NCBI GenBank assembly: GCA_951406725.2 | Contig: OX597814.1 | Location: 126,604,001-126,668,000 of the forward strand | Reading direction: 5' to 3' | DNA length: 64,000 bases | Origin: Octopus vulgaris | Taxonomy: Eukaryota | Shown: one piece after another, positions 25,101 to 39,129 of the stretch | Position numbering within the stretch: the stretch's first letter is position 1 | Layout: each line of letters starts with the position of its first letter | The notes under the pieces: model-generated | Told to the model about the DNA's origin: nothing | What the model saw: only the letters and a program-made list of their open reading frames with translations | Database searches by the model: none | Translations under genes and position numbers: made by a program

Positions 25101-25526
25101 TGATCAGTATTCTGAATAATGTACCAGTGGATGGAATGCTGTGTCATGTTCTGGATATTCAAAGGGTGATAAGCTCTTCTGATGATGAAGAAGAGGGGCA
25201 AGGCGACCTTGTGACCCTACAATCTCAAAGGTAACGTCGCCCCGACCCCCCATCCAGGTGGATAAGTGACTATGAGACAGAACAGGGGATCAGGGATCTT
25301 TTGAGTGGGGAGCGTGTCATGGAAGGAAGGCTAGAAAGAGGGAGAGATGACATCACGTCAGCGAGTGAGAAAGAAAGTTTCCCACTTTTTCACGCTCTCT
25401 GTGACAGAGGCTAGATGTGGCTGCAGAGAGGTTGTGATAACGTGTGTTAAGAATAAACAATCTGCTGGCGGTACCCAATTGCAAGTCAGGGTAAGAATGA
25501 CTCTATTTACATGCCTTTAAACCACA
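22101..25526 (+). mobile_element. Gypsy-type LTR retrotransposon, degraded
   Basis: Diverged LTRs ~22101-22313 and 25315-25526 (TG...ACA); purine tract gagtggggagcg before the 3' LTR; gag with knuckle CFQCGHPG; RT SYINDVLV; WTDS RNase H; integrase HHMGVDRTL; RT-RH-INT order. Confidence 0.9.
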
Positions 25527-25669
25527 AGATGCTTTTAACATTCCTTATCGGATATAGGAGAAATAGTTGAATCATTAATGGAGATGTTGCTAGTCTAGTT
25601 TACAGTTTTCCCTCATTTCAGAAACATATAAAAACATTTGCCCATACCAAACTTCAACCCTATATCCTT

Positions 25670-26075
25670 TATTCTCTTTTACTCTTTTACTTGTTTCAGT
25701 CATTTGACTGTGGCCATGCTGGAGCACCACCTTTTAGTCAAGCAAATCGCCCCCGGGACTTATTCTTTGTAAGCCTAGTACTTATTCTATTGGTCTCTTT
25801 CACCGAACTGCTAAGTGACATAAACACACCAGCATCGGTTGTCAAGCGATGTTGGAGGGACAAACATAGACACACAAACACACACACACACACACATATA
25901 TATATACATATATACCACGGGCTTCTTTCAGTTTCCATCTACCAAATCCACTCACAAAGCTTTGGTCGACCCAAAGCTATAGTAGAAGACACTTGCCCAA
26001 GGTGCCATGCAGTGGGACTGAACCCGGAACCATGTGGCTGGTAAGCAAGCTATTACCACACAGCTACTCCTATGC
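25670..26075 (-). mobile_element. tRNA-derived SINE
   Basis: Same family as 8010-8360; internal CA/TA microsatellite. Confidence 0.85.
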
Positions 26076-26490
26076 CTTTGCGAATGTTGTAACCACATCA
26101 AGGACCGTTTTCATTTCATACATATTCCTGGCATTCAGTTTCAGGTCATCCACAAAGAAACTGTAATTTTGATACTTTTGTCTCCCTGTGAACCAATGGG
26201 ATACTCCTTAGACTTCCTCAGCATAAATGACAAGGGGTTTACTGAAAGTATGAACACCATCACAGAGAGGCTGTCTTCTCTTTGATATTGCATTTTACCA
26301 ATGATAATACTATCGCTTCTTGTATTTAACTTCAAGGTGGGGTCCAGGATAAAGAGTCAGGTCAAATATAGCTTTGATTATGCATTCTGGAACTTTAGGA
26401 AGTCAAAGACTTTTAGCTTCCATGTGTGGGTACAGAGCGGAAAGGCTTTCCATATCTGAGATATCTAGATTATGAATGTATGTACATACT
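26075..26490 (-). mobile_element. R4/Dong-like non-LTR RT fragment (copy 1)
   Basis: EDSLSVMVFILSVNPLSF...FVDDLKL RT motifs. Confidence 0.65.
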
Positions 26491-27579
26491 TCTCTATTCC
26501 ACTCGAAAACATATGTTTGAATGATTGTAGCTGAAACATGATTGGTTAGAATACAGGGCAAGTCATCTGATGTGCTGTGGTCTATTTCTCAATTCTGGGC
26601 TAACACAGTTTCAATTCTAAGCTTTGTTACAGTACTAACCCAACAATGAATAAGCAAACAAAAATAAAATGGTAGCAAAATCATTGCAATGCCAAAGAAC
26701 AATGACATGTCATGTGGATGTTATAATGTGTAAAACTGGGAAAAGAAAGACATCATAAAATAAATTACACAGAGAAATGAAATGGAGGTATAGAATAAGG
26801 CGTTGCGCAGAATGTTAATTGCTGAAATTTACAGGGCCACAAAACGTCAACATAAATAAAACTTGCACAAAATTGTGTACAAAAAATAAGTGTCACAAGA
26901 TAGAGAACAGCTCATATACATTTGAATAAAGTCTAAATTGTAAAATTCTAATTGGTAATACATCAGTTAAGACAAGTATTGAAATACAAAATACAGAAAC
27001 AAAAAGACATGTAGCAAAATCAAAGCAAATAGGATTTTGTAGATATTTAGTGTTCGTATATGCAAAATTGAGCTGAAATGAGAAAAAGTTCATGTACTGT
27101 CTTAGGAATGAAAGTTTTAAAAACAGTGCAGTGTTTGCGTTCTGCTTATATATACAGGGTGTTCCAGAAGTCTTGGGCACATTTGGACATTGAATATCTC
27201 GAAAACTATTAAGGACATAAAAATGCATCTGATATATTCTGAAAGCCTGCAATTTCAAGTTTTTTTATGGAATGTTCAAAGATGTTCAATGTGAGCACCG
27301 TTGGTCACACGGCACACATCAAGCCAATAGTCCGATAGGAAACTGTAAGAGAGATGCTCACTGCATTGAACCATTTAAACTGATTTTTATATTCAATGTG
27401 ATCATAGTGAGGTCTTCTGCTGATATGCACACATCCTTTTATCTGATGATTTGTTGCAGAAGAATCATGCAACTCTTTTGGGCATATATTCACAGTTATC
27501 AAACTAGAAATGTTTCTTGAGTTCTCCCTCATTTCAGAACCATACTGGATCATTTATCCTGACCAAACTACAGCCCCAT

Positions 27580-28000
27580 ATCCTTTGAGAATGTTATAAC
27601 CATTTTTTAAATTTCTTTTTTGATTTCATGCATATTCCTGACATACAGTTTCAAGTCATCCGCAAGGAAGCAATGTGTAATTTTGGTATTTCTGCCTCCC
27701 TGTGAACCAATGAAATACTCCTCAGACTTCTTCGACATAAATGGCAAGGGATTTACTGAAAGTATGAACACCTTCACAGAGAGGTTGTCTCCTCTGCAAT
27801 ATGGCATTTTATCAGTGTTAATACAATCACTCCTTGTATTTAATTCAATATAGTGGCCCAAGATGGTGAATCAGGTTAGATATGGCTTTGATTATGCATT
27901 CTGGATCTTTAGCAAGTCGAAGGGTTTCTAGCATCCACATGTGGGTACAGAGTCAAAGGCTTTCCATATCTGAGATATTTTGATTATGAATGCATGTACA
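27580..28000 (-). mobile_element. R4/Dong-like non-LTR RT fragment (copy 2)
   Basis: ORF 27607-27861 GDNLSVKVFILSVNPL...LADDLKLY; direct repeat of 26075-26490. Confidence 0.7.
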
Positions 28001-28133
28001 AATGTGAAAATATAAATAAATATATATAGGTGCAGGATTGGCTGTGTGGTAAGTAGCTTGCTTACCAACCACATGGTTCCGGGTTCAGGCCGACCTAAGC
28101 CTTGTGAGTGGATTTGAAACTGAAAGAAGCCTG

Positions 28134-28170
<37 letters not shown>

Positions 28171-28175
<5 letters not shown>

Positions 28176-29078
28176 CCTCTCGCTCAGAACAAAAGGCAGA
28201 CTGTATGGCGCATGTGTACGAACAGCCATGCTACATGGCAGTGAAACATGGGCCGTGACTGCTGAGGATAAGCGTAAGCTCACAAGAAATGAAGCCAGTA
28301 TGCTCCGATGCATGTGTAATGTCAGTGTTCATACTCGACAGAGTGTAAGTACCTTGAGAGAAAAGTTGGACCTAAGAAGCATCAGTTGTGGTGTGCAAGA
28401 GAGACGTTTGCACTGGTATGGTCATGTAGCAAGAATGGATGAAGATAGTTGTGTGAAAAAGTGCCACACCCTGGCAGTTGAGGGAACCTATGGAAGAGGT
28501 AGACCCAGGAAAACTTGGGACAAGCTGGTGAAGAACGACCTTCGACCTTTAGGTCTCACCGAGGAAATGACCAGAGACCGAGACCTTTAGAAGTATGCTG
28601 TGCATGGGAAGACTCGGCAGGCCAAGTGAGACCATAACCCGTGGCCTCTACCTGGGACGTAGTCAGCCCACTTATGCATACCGTTCTTTCTTGTGACACA
28701 AACCCTACTTGTGAAGACCTGTTGAGGCAAGTGAAAATCAAAATCAAAATCGAAATCTTTCAACATCAATGGAAATTGTAGCTGAGATACCAGTGCTGGT
28801 GGCACGTAAGAGAACTGGCCTCCGTGTCGGTGGCACGTAAAAAGCACCATCCGATCGTGGCCGTATCCCAGCCTCGTCTGGCACCTGTGCAGGTGGCACA
28901 TAAAAAGCACCCACTACACTCACGGAGTGGTTGGCGTTAGGAAGGGCATCCAGCTGTAGAAACACTGCCAGATCAGACTGGGCCTGGCGCAGCCTCCTGG
29001 CTTCCCAGACCCCAGTTGAACCATCCAACCCATGCTAGCATGGAAAGCAGACGTTAAACGATGATGATGATGATGATG
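28171..29078 (+). mobile_element. RTE-type LINE 3' fragment nested in a SINE
   Basis: MLHGSETWAVT...RLHWYGHVARM...GRGRPRKTW with (GAT)n tail; SINE head at 28028-28135 and SINE body resuming at 29090-29310. Confidence 0.9.
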
Positions 29079-29599
29079 TGTGTGTGTATATGTTTGTATG
29101 TCTGTGTTTGTCCCCCTGCCCCCAAATCTCTTGACATGCGATGCTGATGATTTTACATACCCATAACTAAACAGTTCGACAAAAGAGACCAATAGAATAA
29201 GTACTAGGCTTACAAAGAATAAGTGCTGGGGTCGATTTGCTCAACTATAGGTAGTGCTCCAGCATGGCTGCAGTCAAATGACTGAAACAAATAAAAGAAT
29301 AAAAGAATGATTATAAGTAGAGAGAAGGAAAAGGAAACAGTGTATATAGAAACATGAGAGTTACATTTAATCGAGATATCTCAGATGTCAAGCAATCATC
29401 AAAACATCTGTAGAAATGCTATAGAAAGTTTATCCTAGCTTCTGTCACAATTATAGAAGCCATGAGTGGCTTTCTAAATGTGTTGTCTAACTTCCTAAAA
29501 TATGCATTGTGAAAGTTATTCATGCAACCATCATTCAATAGATGCTAGTCCAATCCAGATGGCACAACTCAGTTCACACTTGTAAAAAAAAAACGATAA

Positions 29600-29885
29600 A
29601 TGTTGCTCTTTTCAAGCCTAGACAGGCTCATGGGCCCAGTTTCTGTGGTGTATGTATTCCCCCAGCTGGATAGGACACCAGTCCATCGCAGTGTTACTCA
29701 AGTAACAGGAAGAGAGAGTGAGAGAAAGTTGTGGCGAAAGAGTACAACAGGGGTCACCACCACCCCCTACTGGAGCCTCGTGGAGCTTTTTAGGTGTTTT
29801 CGCACAATAATCACACACAATGCCCGGTCTGGGAATCGAAACCGCGAGTCCGCTGCCCTAACCACTGGGCCATTGCGCCCCCACA
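29600..29885 (-). mobile_element. tRNA-derived SINE, second family
   Basis: Minus head ggcgcaatggcccagtggttagggcagcggactcgcggtttcgattcccaga; related copy at 58340-58640. Confidence 0.75.
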
Positions 29886-30059
29886 GTTCACACTTGTAGC
29901 TGACATTAATAGTGCTGCCAACAATTTAATAGGGTTTCTCAATTTTCTTCGGACTTTTACAGTTCAACTGCAACATTTTCAACTGAAAATATAAACATCC
30001 ATTATATTCGTATGGAATTTAGATCCACCAAATCACTGTAACAGTACTAGACTAGTTTT

Positions 30060-30430
30060 TTTTCTTTTTTCACTTGTTTCAGTCATTTGACTGTGGCTAT
30101 GCTGGAGCACCGCCTTTAGTTGAACAAATCGACCCCAGGACTTATTCTTTGTAAGCCTAGTACTTATTCTATCAGTCACTTTTGTCGAACCGCTAAGTTA
30201 CGGGGACGTGAACACACCAACATTGGTTGTCAAGCGATGTTGGGAGACAAACACACACACACATACCACAGGCTTCTTTCAGTTTCCATCTACCAAATCC
30301 ACTCACAAAGCTTTGGTCGGCCCCAGGCTATAGTACAAGACACTTGCCCAAGGTGTCACACAGTGGGACTGAACCCGGAGCCATGTGGTTGGTAAGCAAG
30401 CTACTTACCACACAGCCACTCCTGCGCCTA
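30060..30430 (-). mobile_element. tRNA-derived SINE
   Basis: Near-identical to 25670-26075 and 46310-46780. Confidence 0.85.
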
Positions 30431-31619
30431 GTTCTTAGATTCTTATACCCTAAGTGATCAAATCTGTCATTGTGATTGATTGTGGCAAAGGAGAGGTATT
30501 CATTTCATGGATTTCTCTTATTTCATCAGATAAGCCATCTCATTTTAAACATTTTCAGTGTCTAATGTCACTGTCATTTTCTATGATCATTAATATGTCT
30601 CAGGGGTAGTCCCTCCCTCAGAGTTACTGGAGTTGAAGCAACAAGTTTGTGCTCCTCTTTTAGAGTCAGTTCTATTTTCATGCTCAGTGTTGGGCTATGA
30701 GCACCAAACCACAGAAGAAAAGGTGTCTACTGTAGAGCTCTTGTTGAATAAAACACATTTAACACATTTCTGGTGTTGTTTTATGTGTTGCATATCAATT
30801 GAAAATTACAAGATAATATACAAAATTAAACATAAAAATAACTTTCTCCTAAGTTATAAACTTAAAGTTATCCTGAACAGTTTCAAAAGTTTCACACATC
30901 AGAGAAACTTGGAAAAATTCAGCAATTTCATTTATCTGCATTACATTTATATGTGTGTGTGTGTGTACACGCTTGGTGCTCCATCATGGCCACAGTCAAA
31001 TGACTGAAACAAGTAAAAGAGCCTCTGAACTTTTCAGCTGACCCTCATAAAAATCTTGTGATAAGTTAAATCATTTTAGTTTAACAAAAAAACTATTTCT
31101 ACATGTTCACTACCCGAGCAATGCTGGGTACTTCCACAAGTTATATAATTAATGTAGTTGTTACTTAATACTACAGTGACAGATCAACTTAAATACAACA
31201 AACAGGAGAGAGGGAGAGATAGAAGAGACAAAGAGAGTGTGAGAAAAAGCTGAAACTATTCATTAACATATCAATGCTATCACATGTCAAATCGTGATGA
31301 ACTGATTTAATGTTGTTTAAACTCAAAAGAATCACAAACTTTTACTCTCACAAAACTAATAATATAGATCTATGAGGTTACGTTGTTGTATAGTCACAGG
31401 TTACTTCTAATCAGCATGTAGGTAGTTGGTTTTGTATAATAATAATAATAATAATAATGTAGGTAGTTGGTCTTGTATATTAATAATAATAATAATAATA
31501 ATAAGCTTATTGTATTTAGTGCTCACAAACACTATAGCTCATCAGAAAAGTAGCCAAAAATGTATGTACAGTGCAGAGAATAATGCACAAAAAGACAGGA
31601 AAATGAACAGTGAATGAGT

Positions 31620-34080
31620 CATAAAAAAGGAGCATCACATGCAGCGTTGGTATATTTCGGGAAGCATGAAAGTTTTGAAGAGTGTAGTGTCCTGACAGCT
31701 AACAACTGATGTGTGTAGTTTATTCCAAGCTTCAACCATTCTGAGCATGAAAAAATTGCTTTCAAAAGTCATGGGCACTGTACTGTTTTCTGATTTTGTA
31801 AGCATAACTATGGGTGTTAGACACATGGAATTCAAAAGGTTCCCACGGTTGTTGCTGGAAAGATGGTTGATAATCTTGTGTGTATCTACCAAGTCAGATG
31901 CTTCTCAGCAGAGTTTTAATGTGTCCATATGTAAGAATGCAAAATGTTCAGAATATGGTAGATGCCTGATAGCTGGTATTCAGCTGGTTGCAAGTTTCTG
32001 AACAGTTTCGAGAAGATTCATATGCTGAGCAAGACAGGGTTTCCAGACTGGTGATGCAAACTCTAAGTGTGGATGTAACATAGTCATATACAGCTTTAAA
32101 TAAATAACTAGAGAGTGGCTGACAAAGGTCTTACTGATTAACCCTAAGATACCCTTGGTCTTCTTGATAATTTTAGAAATGTGGTTGTCCAAGGCAAATC
32201 GCTGTTGGTAATAACACCCAGGTCACGTTTGCTAGCAGACTTCTTAAGACTGGTGTTGTGGAGGGAGTATGTAAAAACTGGATTTTTCCTCTCAAAATGT
32301 ATGGTTGCACTTGTCCACTCCCAACTTGAGTTGTTAGTCAGTAATCCATTGCTGCATCATGTCCAGGTCTGATTGTTGGAAAGATCTATAGCATTTAGGA
32401 TTTGTTCTTTTTATCTCCAGGTACAGCTTGATGTTATCTGCATATTTCAACTCTGTAACATTCTTCAAGTTGGCATCTATGTCATTAATATATGCAACAA
32501 ACAACAGGGGCCCAAGAACAAATCCCTATGGTACACCAGATGCTATCTCATAGGATGCAGACTGTCATCCTAGAACCGTCACAACCCCTCTTCAACTGAC
32601 AATGAAGGCCTTCAACCAGTTTATAAAGATAATCTCTCACACCCACTGCAAAGAGTTTTATCTTAGGTCATTTGTGTGGCACAGAATTAAAGGCTTTAGA
32701 AAAGTCAAGATAAATAACATCCACACATGAGCCACCATCACCGTCATGGATTTGATTGATGTCTTCAAGAAAATGTGTTGGCCACAGCAGCTAGAGTTAG
32801 GGAGAAATCAAAATTGTGAGGGTCAAATAAGTTGTGAGAGTTTCAGAAGTTCTACAGTGTTTCTCTAACACAGGACTCTATCAGTTAGGTGACGCAGCTA
32901 GTAAGACTGACTGGACAGTAGTTGACAAGTGATGTGTGATCACCCTTTTTTGGACAAGGTGAACACAGTTAAGGCAGAATTGGGAGAAGAATGAAGGCTG
33001 GTGCAAAAGAAATAGCCTGCCATATTTGAGAAGATAAGTAACACCATTAAAACCAAGAAAGGCATAGTTGTACTTTTTCTTGAGGTGGTGTCACAGCATT
33101 TCAGGTGTAAATTCCACATATTCTAGAATTTACTGTCAGAGGTGATGAAAATGGTACATTGGGATTTTCAACAGTAAAAATGCAGCATAGCATTCAGTGC
33201 TAAGTTCTGCACACTCTTAGGTATCATCAATAATCTAACCTGTGTGGGGATTGTGAAAAGGGTCAACTGGAGAGTGAGGCTTCTGTTTCAAACATACATA
33301 TTTACAGATCACTTTGGCTGCTATATGTAATTCCAACTCAAGCACTGCCTTTTTAGTCACCTACTTGAGATTGTTAGATGATCTGTGGCACCTTTTTCTA
33401 TTATCTTCTGTTCTATGTAGTCTGTATTCCTGTTCAACATCACAGCATTCTTCCCTGGCAAGTTGGACTACTGCAGTGTACCAAATCACACTTTTGAGAT
33501 TTTTACAGCAATTGCATGGTACTTAATGCTTCACATGCAGCCCAGATTGAATTGAAGATGCTCTAAAGTGCAGTATTGACATCTCTGGAATCATAAACTC
33601 AAGCCAGTTTGGTATTGTAACTTGATGTGGTAACAGTTCCAGTTTGCTTTGTTCCAGTCAAAGTGAGCAGTTTGGAGGTGGTGATGGTTTTTGTTTCTAG
33701 TTGTTAGAAGCAGATTGGCTATGATCATAGCATGATCAGATTAGTCCAAAAGTTCCTCAGTATGGCATTGATACCCATTTCAGGAGTAATGCTAAAGAGC
33801 AGATCCAAAGTGTTGTCACCTCTTGTGGGGGAAGTGACTACTTGGGACAGCTTGAATCCAGCACTAAATCAAGGAAATCATTTGCACTTTGCAGCCAAAT
33901 AAAGATCTCCCAGTCAATCTCAGGGTAATTGATGTCCCAGCAATGAAAACATAAGTGGTGGTTTTCCTAGATGCAGCTCTGAAGATGTCAAAATGTTTTG
34001 TGCTTTGATAGTGGTTTGAGGAGCAGTAAACGACTCCAGTTAGAAGTGTTGATATGCTTATACTTATATCACAGAAAAAT
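31620..34080 (-). mobile_element. CR1/L2-type LINE, degraded
   Basis: VDVIYLDFSKAFNSVPH, SGVP*GFVLGPLLF, PHLEFASPVW and DNTLDLLF motifs. Confidence 0.85.
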
Positions 34081-34912
34081 AATTCCTGTGGTTTGATTTC
34101 CCATCAACTGCTAAACCTGTTGAAGGAAAACAGTTCAGTTATCCCTTTATCTCCTGTTTAGGCAACAAAATTATGGATCCTAACCCATTTTTTCAGATTG
34201 AATAATTGAACAAATGAATAAAGCTGGTTGTTGTTTAGGTCATCCTTGATGGATCAGACCAATAGTTAAAGGTATTCAAGCCATGATCCACCCAGTTTTA
34301 TTTTTTATTCACATCTTTATTTTATATATTTTTTATCTTTCAGAAATAGGGTACCCTGGACTCAATACTGTCTTAGGGTACATGTTATAGTTGCTGCAAC
34401 ACTCGGGCCTAGGAGGTCCAAGACCCCATGAACCGCCTTGTTGAGGGACAATTTCATCTTATTCTGATAGGATTGCAACCCACTTCATTAGTATATAACT
34501 CAGGCCTATGAGTAACTAAAGATATCTCTACTGCATTACAGACTATATTCTTCCTATCTTCTTAATACAGTAGGGCGTGGTTTAAGAGAGAGTTGGTTGT
34601 TATTTCAACCATATAGGAGTTCCCTCGTTGTGTGTTCCACATAATGTCCACACAATAGCACTCCCATTCCATTTGACTACTGTTGTGTTCATGGTAACAG
34701 TGTGTGGGTGAATACATTGAAGTAGACAAAGGTTGCTACTATCTTACAGGTGTTAATGTTAACTATGTGTGAATAAAAGTTATTTTTGTCAAAGTGAAGC
34801 ATAGCATTTTATTGTAAATTCAACTATATTAACTTGATACTTGGTTGTCTAGTGTCAAACTGACTTTCTGAACCTTCACCAACTGCTACATGTACAGTGT
34901 CAGGGGGTATAT

Positions 34913-34947
<35 letters not shown>

Positions 34948-35077
34948 TTAATTAGAGGATATGTTAACCTTGTGAAGGGATGGTTGCATCCAAGGAAATA
35001 CTGGTTCAATACCTAGTATTTGGGGGGAATGAAATTCCCTTAAAATAATAGGTATGTATTATGCATATAGTTTATAT

Positions 35078-35410
35078 CCAGTTAAAAGAAAACAGAAGTA
35101 AGGAAGTTAACAATTATTTATTATTAACAAATTGGTCATCTTTGCTTCTTACAGTCATTCCAATTAATACTCAATTATTTAATTACAAATTTCAGTCTGC
35201 TGAAATGAATTGATAGGTCCACATATAACATCCCAAGGTATACCATTTTTCTCTGATGAAATTATGCTCATGTCACAGAAATTCAAATTTAATGTACAAA
35301 TTTGTAATTAAATTATTGAGTATTCATTGAAACGGCTGTATGAAATGAAGATGACCAATTTGTTAATAATAATTGTTAACTTTCTTATCTTCATATTCTT
35401 TTCATCTTTC

Positions 35411-35413
<3 letters not shown>
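35078..35413 (+). ncRNA. Penelope-type pLTR inverted repeat containing a hammerhead-like motif
   Basis: Arms 35078-35192 and 35299-35413 are inverted; CTGATGA at 35253-35259 and GAAACGGCTGTA at 35329-35340. Confidence 0.55.
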
Positions 35414-35451
<38 letters not shown>

Positions 35452-35524
35452 TACAAAAAATTCAGGGTGAATACTTGATAACTGTAAGCACCTGTATGTG
35501 CCAGCTAGTGGTGTAGGTAATAGG

Positions 35525-35675
35525 ATATATTTATCAAAAGAAAAAACAGGATGCAAAGGATTTTGCGGTACATATGTTTCTGGCTTTATATAAATTTATA
35601 TAAATTGCTCAATAAAGCCAGAAACATACGTACCGCAAAATCCTTTGCATCCTGTTTTTTCTTTTGATAAATATA
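35525..35675. repeat. Near-perfect hairpin with ~60 bp arms
   Basis: atatttatcaaaagaaaaaacaggatgcaaaggattttgcggtac...tttctggcttta is mirrored at 35611-35675. Confidence 0.9.
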
Positions 35676-35767
35676 TATATATATATATACACACACATAC
35701 ATACATACATACATACATATGTGTACCTGTATGTGTGTGTGTATGTCTATACATATACATATATATA

Positions 35768-36378
35768 CAGGGTGTCCCAAAAGTCACTGATGCGTTTCAA
35801 TTTTTAATAACTTCCTTAGCTTTACAAATAAACACATAAAATCTTGATACACTATAAAGGACATAATGGAAATTAATATGCACAAGTCAAATTTTCCACA
35901 CTACTACATCACATATGAAAAATGACATTGCTTAAATGGTAGCCATTTTCAGCTTTACACACCCGTGCTCTTTCCAAAACTTGCACCATAGCATCCTCAA
36001 AGGTTTCAGACTCCACTTCTCTGATTTCTCTATTCTTGTTCTCCTTCAGTTGCACCAGGGTCTCCAGTTTGTTGATGTAAACCCTCTCTTTCAGGTATCC
36101 CCACAAGAAAAAATCTGGGCTAGTCAAGTTTGGGGATTGTGAAGGCCATTCAAAGTAGACCTCACACATGGTTCCAGCAAGATGGGGCAACTGCTCATAC
36201 TGCAAGAGAAACAATGCTGTTGCTACTGCAGTGCTTTGATGTAGTGGTGTTGCAAAATTTGACGTGTGCATATTAATTTCCATGTCTTTTATATTGTATC
36301 AAAATTTCATGCATTTACTTGTAAAATTAAGGAAGTTATTAAAAATTGAAACCCATCAGGGACTTTTGGGACACCCTG
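35768..36378 (-). mobile_element. Internally deleted Tc1/mariner element with ~140 bp TIRs
   Basis: TA-flanked cagggtgtcccaaaagtc TIRs; ORF with WPSQSPNLTSPDFFLWGYLKERVY. Confidence 0.9.
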
Positions 36379-36964
36379 TATTTATAAATATATATAAAGA
36401 GTTATTAAAAAGGGATTATCAATCCAGGGAAAATATTTCTTAAGCTCTCTGCCGAGAAAAGGCTTTTAGATTGGTATAGAACTCCAGGTAATCCTTAAGC
36501 AAAATCTGAAGTTGAAGTCCCTCATTAGTTGACTTTGTAAATCTATGCATTACTCAGTTAATATTACAGAGTGATATACAAGAAAAGACATAAATAATAG
36601 GCTTTACATATTTATTTATTTGATGCACAAATAAATATGTTAAGCCTTTTATTTATGCCTTTTCCTGTGTGTGTGTATGTGTACCTCAAGAAGACCTGTA
36701 CTCTGTAGCAGAAGCATTTAAGACTGTTCCCTATTGTGGTGAAGAGCACTTATGGTGGTACTATGTAAAAGCATCCATGAGGGCCCACATAAAAGCTCCT
36801 GTGTGATGCCACGTAAAAGCACCCAGTTTACTCTGTAAAATGGTTGGCATTAAGAATGGCATCCAGCCATAGAAATGAGATTCGAGGCTAGTGCCGCTCC
36901 CCAGTTTGCCAGCTCTGATCAAACTGTCCAACCCATGCCGGCATAGACAGTGAATGTTAAATGA

Positions 36965-37010
<46 letters not shown>

Positions 37011-37228
37011 ATATGTATGTATGTATATATGTATGTATGTATATATGTATGTATATATATATGTATGTATATATATATGTATGTATATATATATATATGT
37101 ATGTATATATATATATATGTGTATGTGTGTGTGTGTATGAATATATATATGTATGTATATATATGTGTATGTGTGTGTGTATGAATATATATATGTATAT
37201 ATATATATATGTGTGTGTGTGTGTATGA

Positions 37229-37259
<31 letters not shown>

Positions 37260-37331
37260 TACATATACATACTCATCTCCTAATATAATAATGAGCCATA
37301 GTGTTTATATATATTTGTGTGTGTGTGTGTG

Positions 37332-37372
<41 letters not shown>
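36965..37372. repeat. Compound TA/TATG/TG microsatellite
   Basis: Directly visible; the overlapping ORFs are low-complexity artefacts. Confidence 0.95.
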
Positions 37373-37374
<2 letters not shown>

Positions 37375-37844
37375 GTCCAAAATCACAGGCTAGGAGTAGG
37401 ACAGAGTAGGAGAAAGAGTAGTGTTAGTGAAGGGAGAAGCGAGAAAATGGTAATTCGGTAAAGAAGTAGTGAGAGTAATAACCTTGACTGAGAGAGAGTG
37501 AGAGAAAGTAATAGCAATGGAGAAAGGAAGAGATGAATAAGGAAGGAAGGGATGAAAAAAACTCAGCATTTCAACTCTCTGTATGTGTGTGTGTGTGCAA
37601 TGGAAATGGGCTGGTGAACATTCAACGCTGAAAAGAAAAATCAAACAGCATTTCAACTCTGTTTGAGTATGTATGTGTGTGTACAAGGGAAGTATGCAAA
37701 TGTTTGTATGTGTGATTCTTATGTACCTTATTTTGTAACTTATTTATATATAAAATACTACAATTAGCCATCATTTTTGATGGCACAGGGTCACCTCGTT
37801 TATAATACAGCAATAAAAGACAACAGTCTTAACAGTAAAACATA

Positions 37845-39126
37845 CGAGGGGCATTCAATAAGTAATGCCCCTGACCCACTTCCCATAACAGTAGAGCAAC
37901 GAAACTTGGCACAGTTATTAGTCTTTTTCTACATAGGAACCATCCAGAGTTAAGCATTTCTCCCATCGTTTGATGCAGCTCTGGAGACCGTTTTTGTAGA
38001 AGACCCCAGCTTGGTTCTCCAGCCACGATGTGACTTCAGAAATCAAGGCTGCATCATCTGGGAAACGCTTTCCTTTCATTGCTGGGAAGAGGTGAAAATC
38101 AGAGGGTGCATGGTCAGGAGAGTAGGGGGAATGTGGGAGGAGTTCATAGCCGCACGCCTGTGCTTCTGATCTGGCGACACGCAAGTTGTGGACTGGAGTG
38201 TTGTCCTGCAGGATGAGGATGCCTTTGCTGATCTTGCCCCACCTCTTGAATTTGATAGCTTCTCTTAATTTCCTCAAAAGTGAAGCATAATAGGCTCCTG
38301 TAATTGTGGTACCCTTTGCCAGGAAATCTGTCATCACTACTCCGTCCTGGTCCCAGAAGACTGTGAGCATGACCTTGCCAGTGGAGGGCTGCACCCTTGC
38401 CTTCTTTGGAGGAGGTGAGTCACGGTGCTTCCACTGCATTGACTGGGCTTTGGTCTCTGAATCATAGTGATGGACCCAGGTTTCATCCTGTGTAATCAGT
38501 CTTTTGAAAAATTTTGACTCATCGTCTTGGCACATCTCCAAATTCATCCTTGAGCACTCGACGCGTTCTTGCTTCTGGAAAAGTGTGAGCAACCTGGGAA
38601 TCCATCTGGCAGACACCCTTTGCATATGCAAATGGTCATGAATGATAGTTTCCACAGACCCAGTACTAATCTTGACCTCATGGGCTATTTGGCGAATAGT
38701 TATGTGTCGATCTTCCAAAATGGCAGCCTCAACTTGACGGACAGATGTCTCATCAATGGCAGAAGTGGAGGTGACCAGATCTGGGAGCTGTTTCCACAGA
38801 GTTCCGACCATGTTTGAATTCACGATGCCAGCGTTTTACAAGGTCATATGATGGGGCATCATCACCATAAGTTACTTTCATTTCATCAAAAGTCTCCCGT
38901 GGTTTGCGTCCTTTCAAATACAAAAACTGGATCACTGCTCGACACTCAACAGGCTCCATTTCACACTTGACTCAGTTCAAACACCTGTAAATCAGAAACC
39001 ACAATTAGTTTAGAGCTGTCATTTTCCACTTAATCTATAGAGATATAAATAATTGCACATGCAAAATTTCAGCTAGATCAAACAACTGCAAGTGGGTCAG
39101 GGGCATTACTTATTGAATGTCCCTCG
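37845..39126 (-). mobile_element. Full-length mariner (DD34D-type) element with frameshifted transposase
   Basis: TA TSDs; TIR cgaggggcattcaataagtaatgcccctgacccact; ORFs 38959-38753 and 38823-37918 join by a frameshift; WIPRLL, TQDETW, QDNTPVH, YSPDHAPSD. Confidence 0.95.
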
Positions 39127-39129
39127 TAC

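Noticed and set aside
36761-37461. Long YI/HT/VC-rich ORFs (also at 5668, 11438-11859, 46338-46719)
   Set aside because: These are microsatellite translation artefacts.
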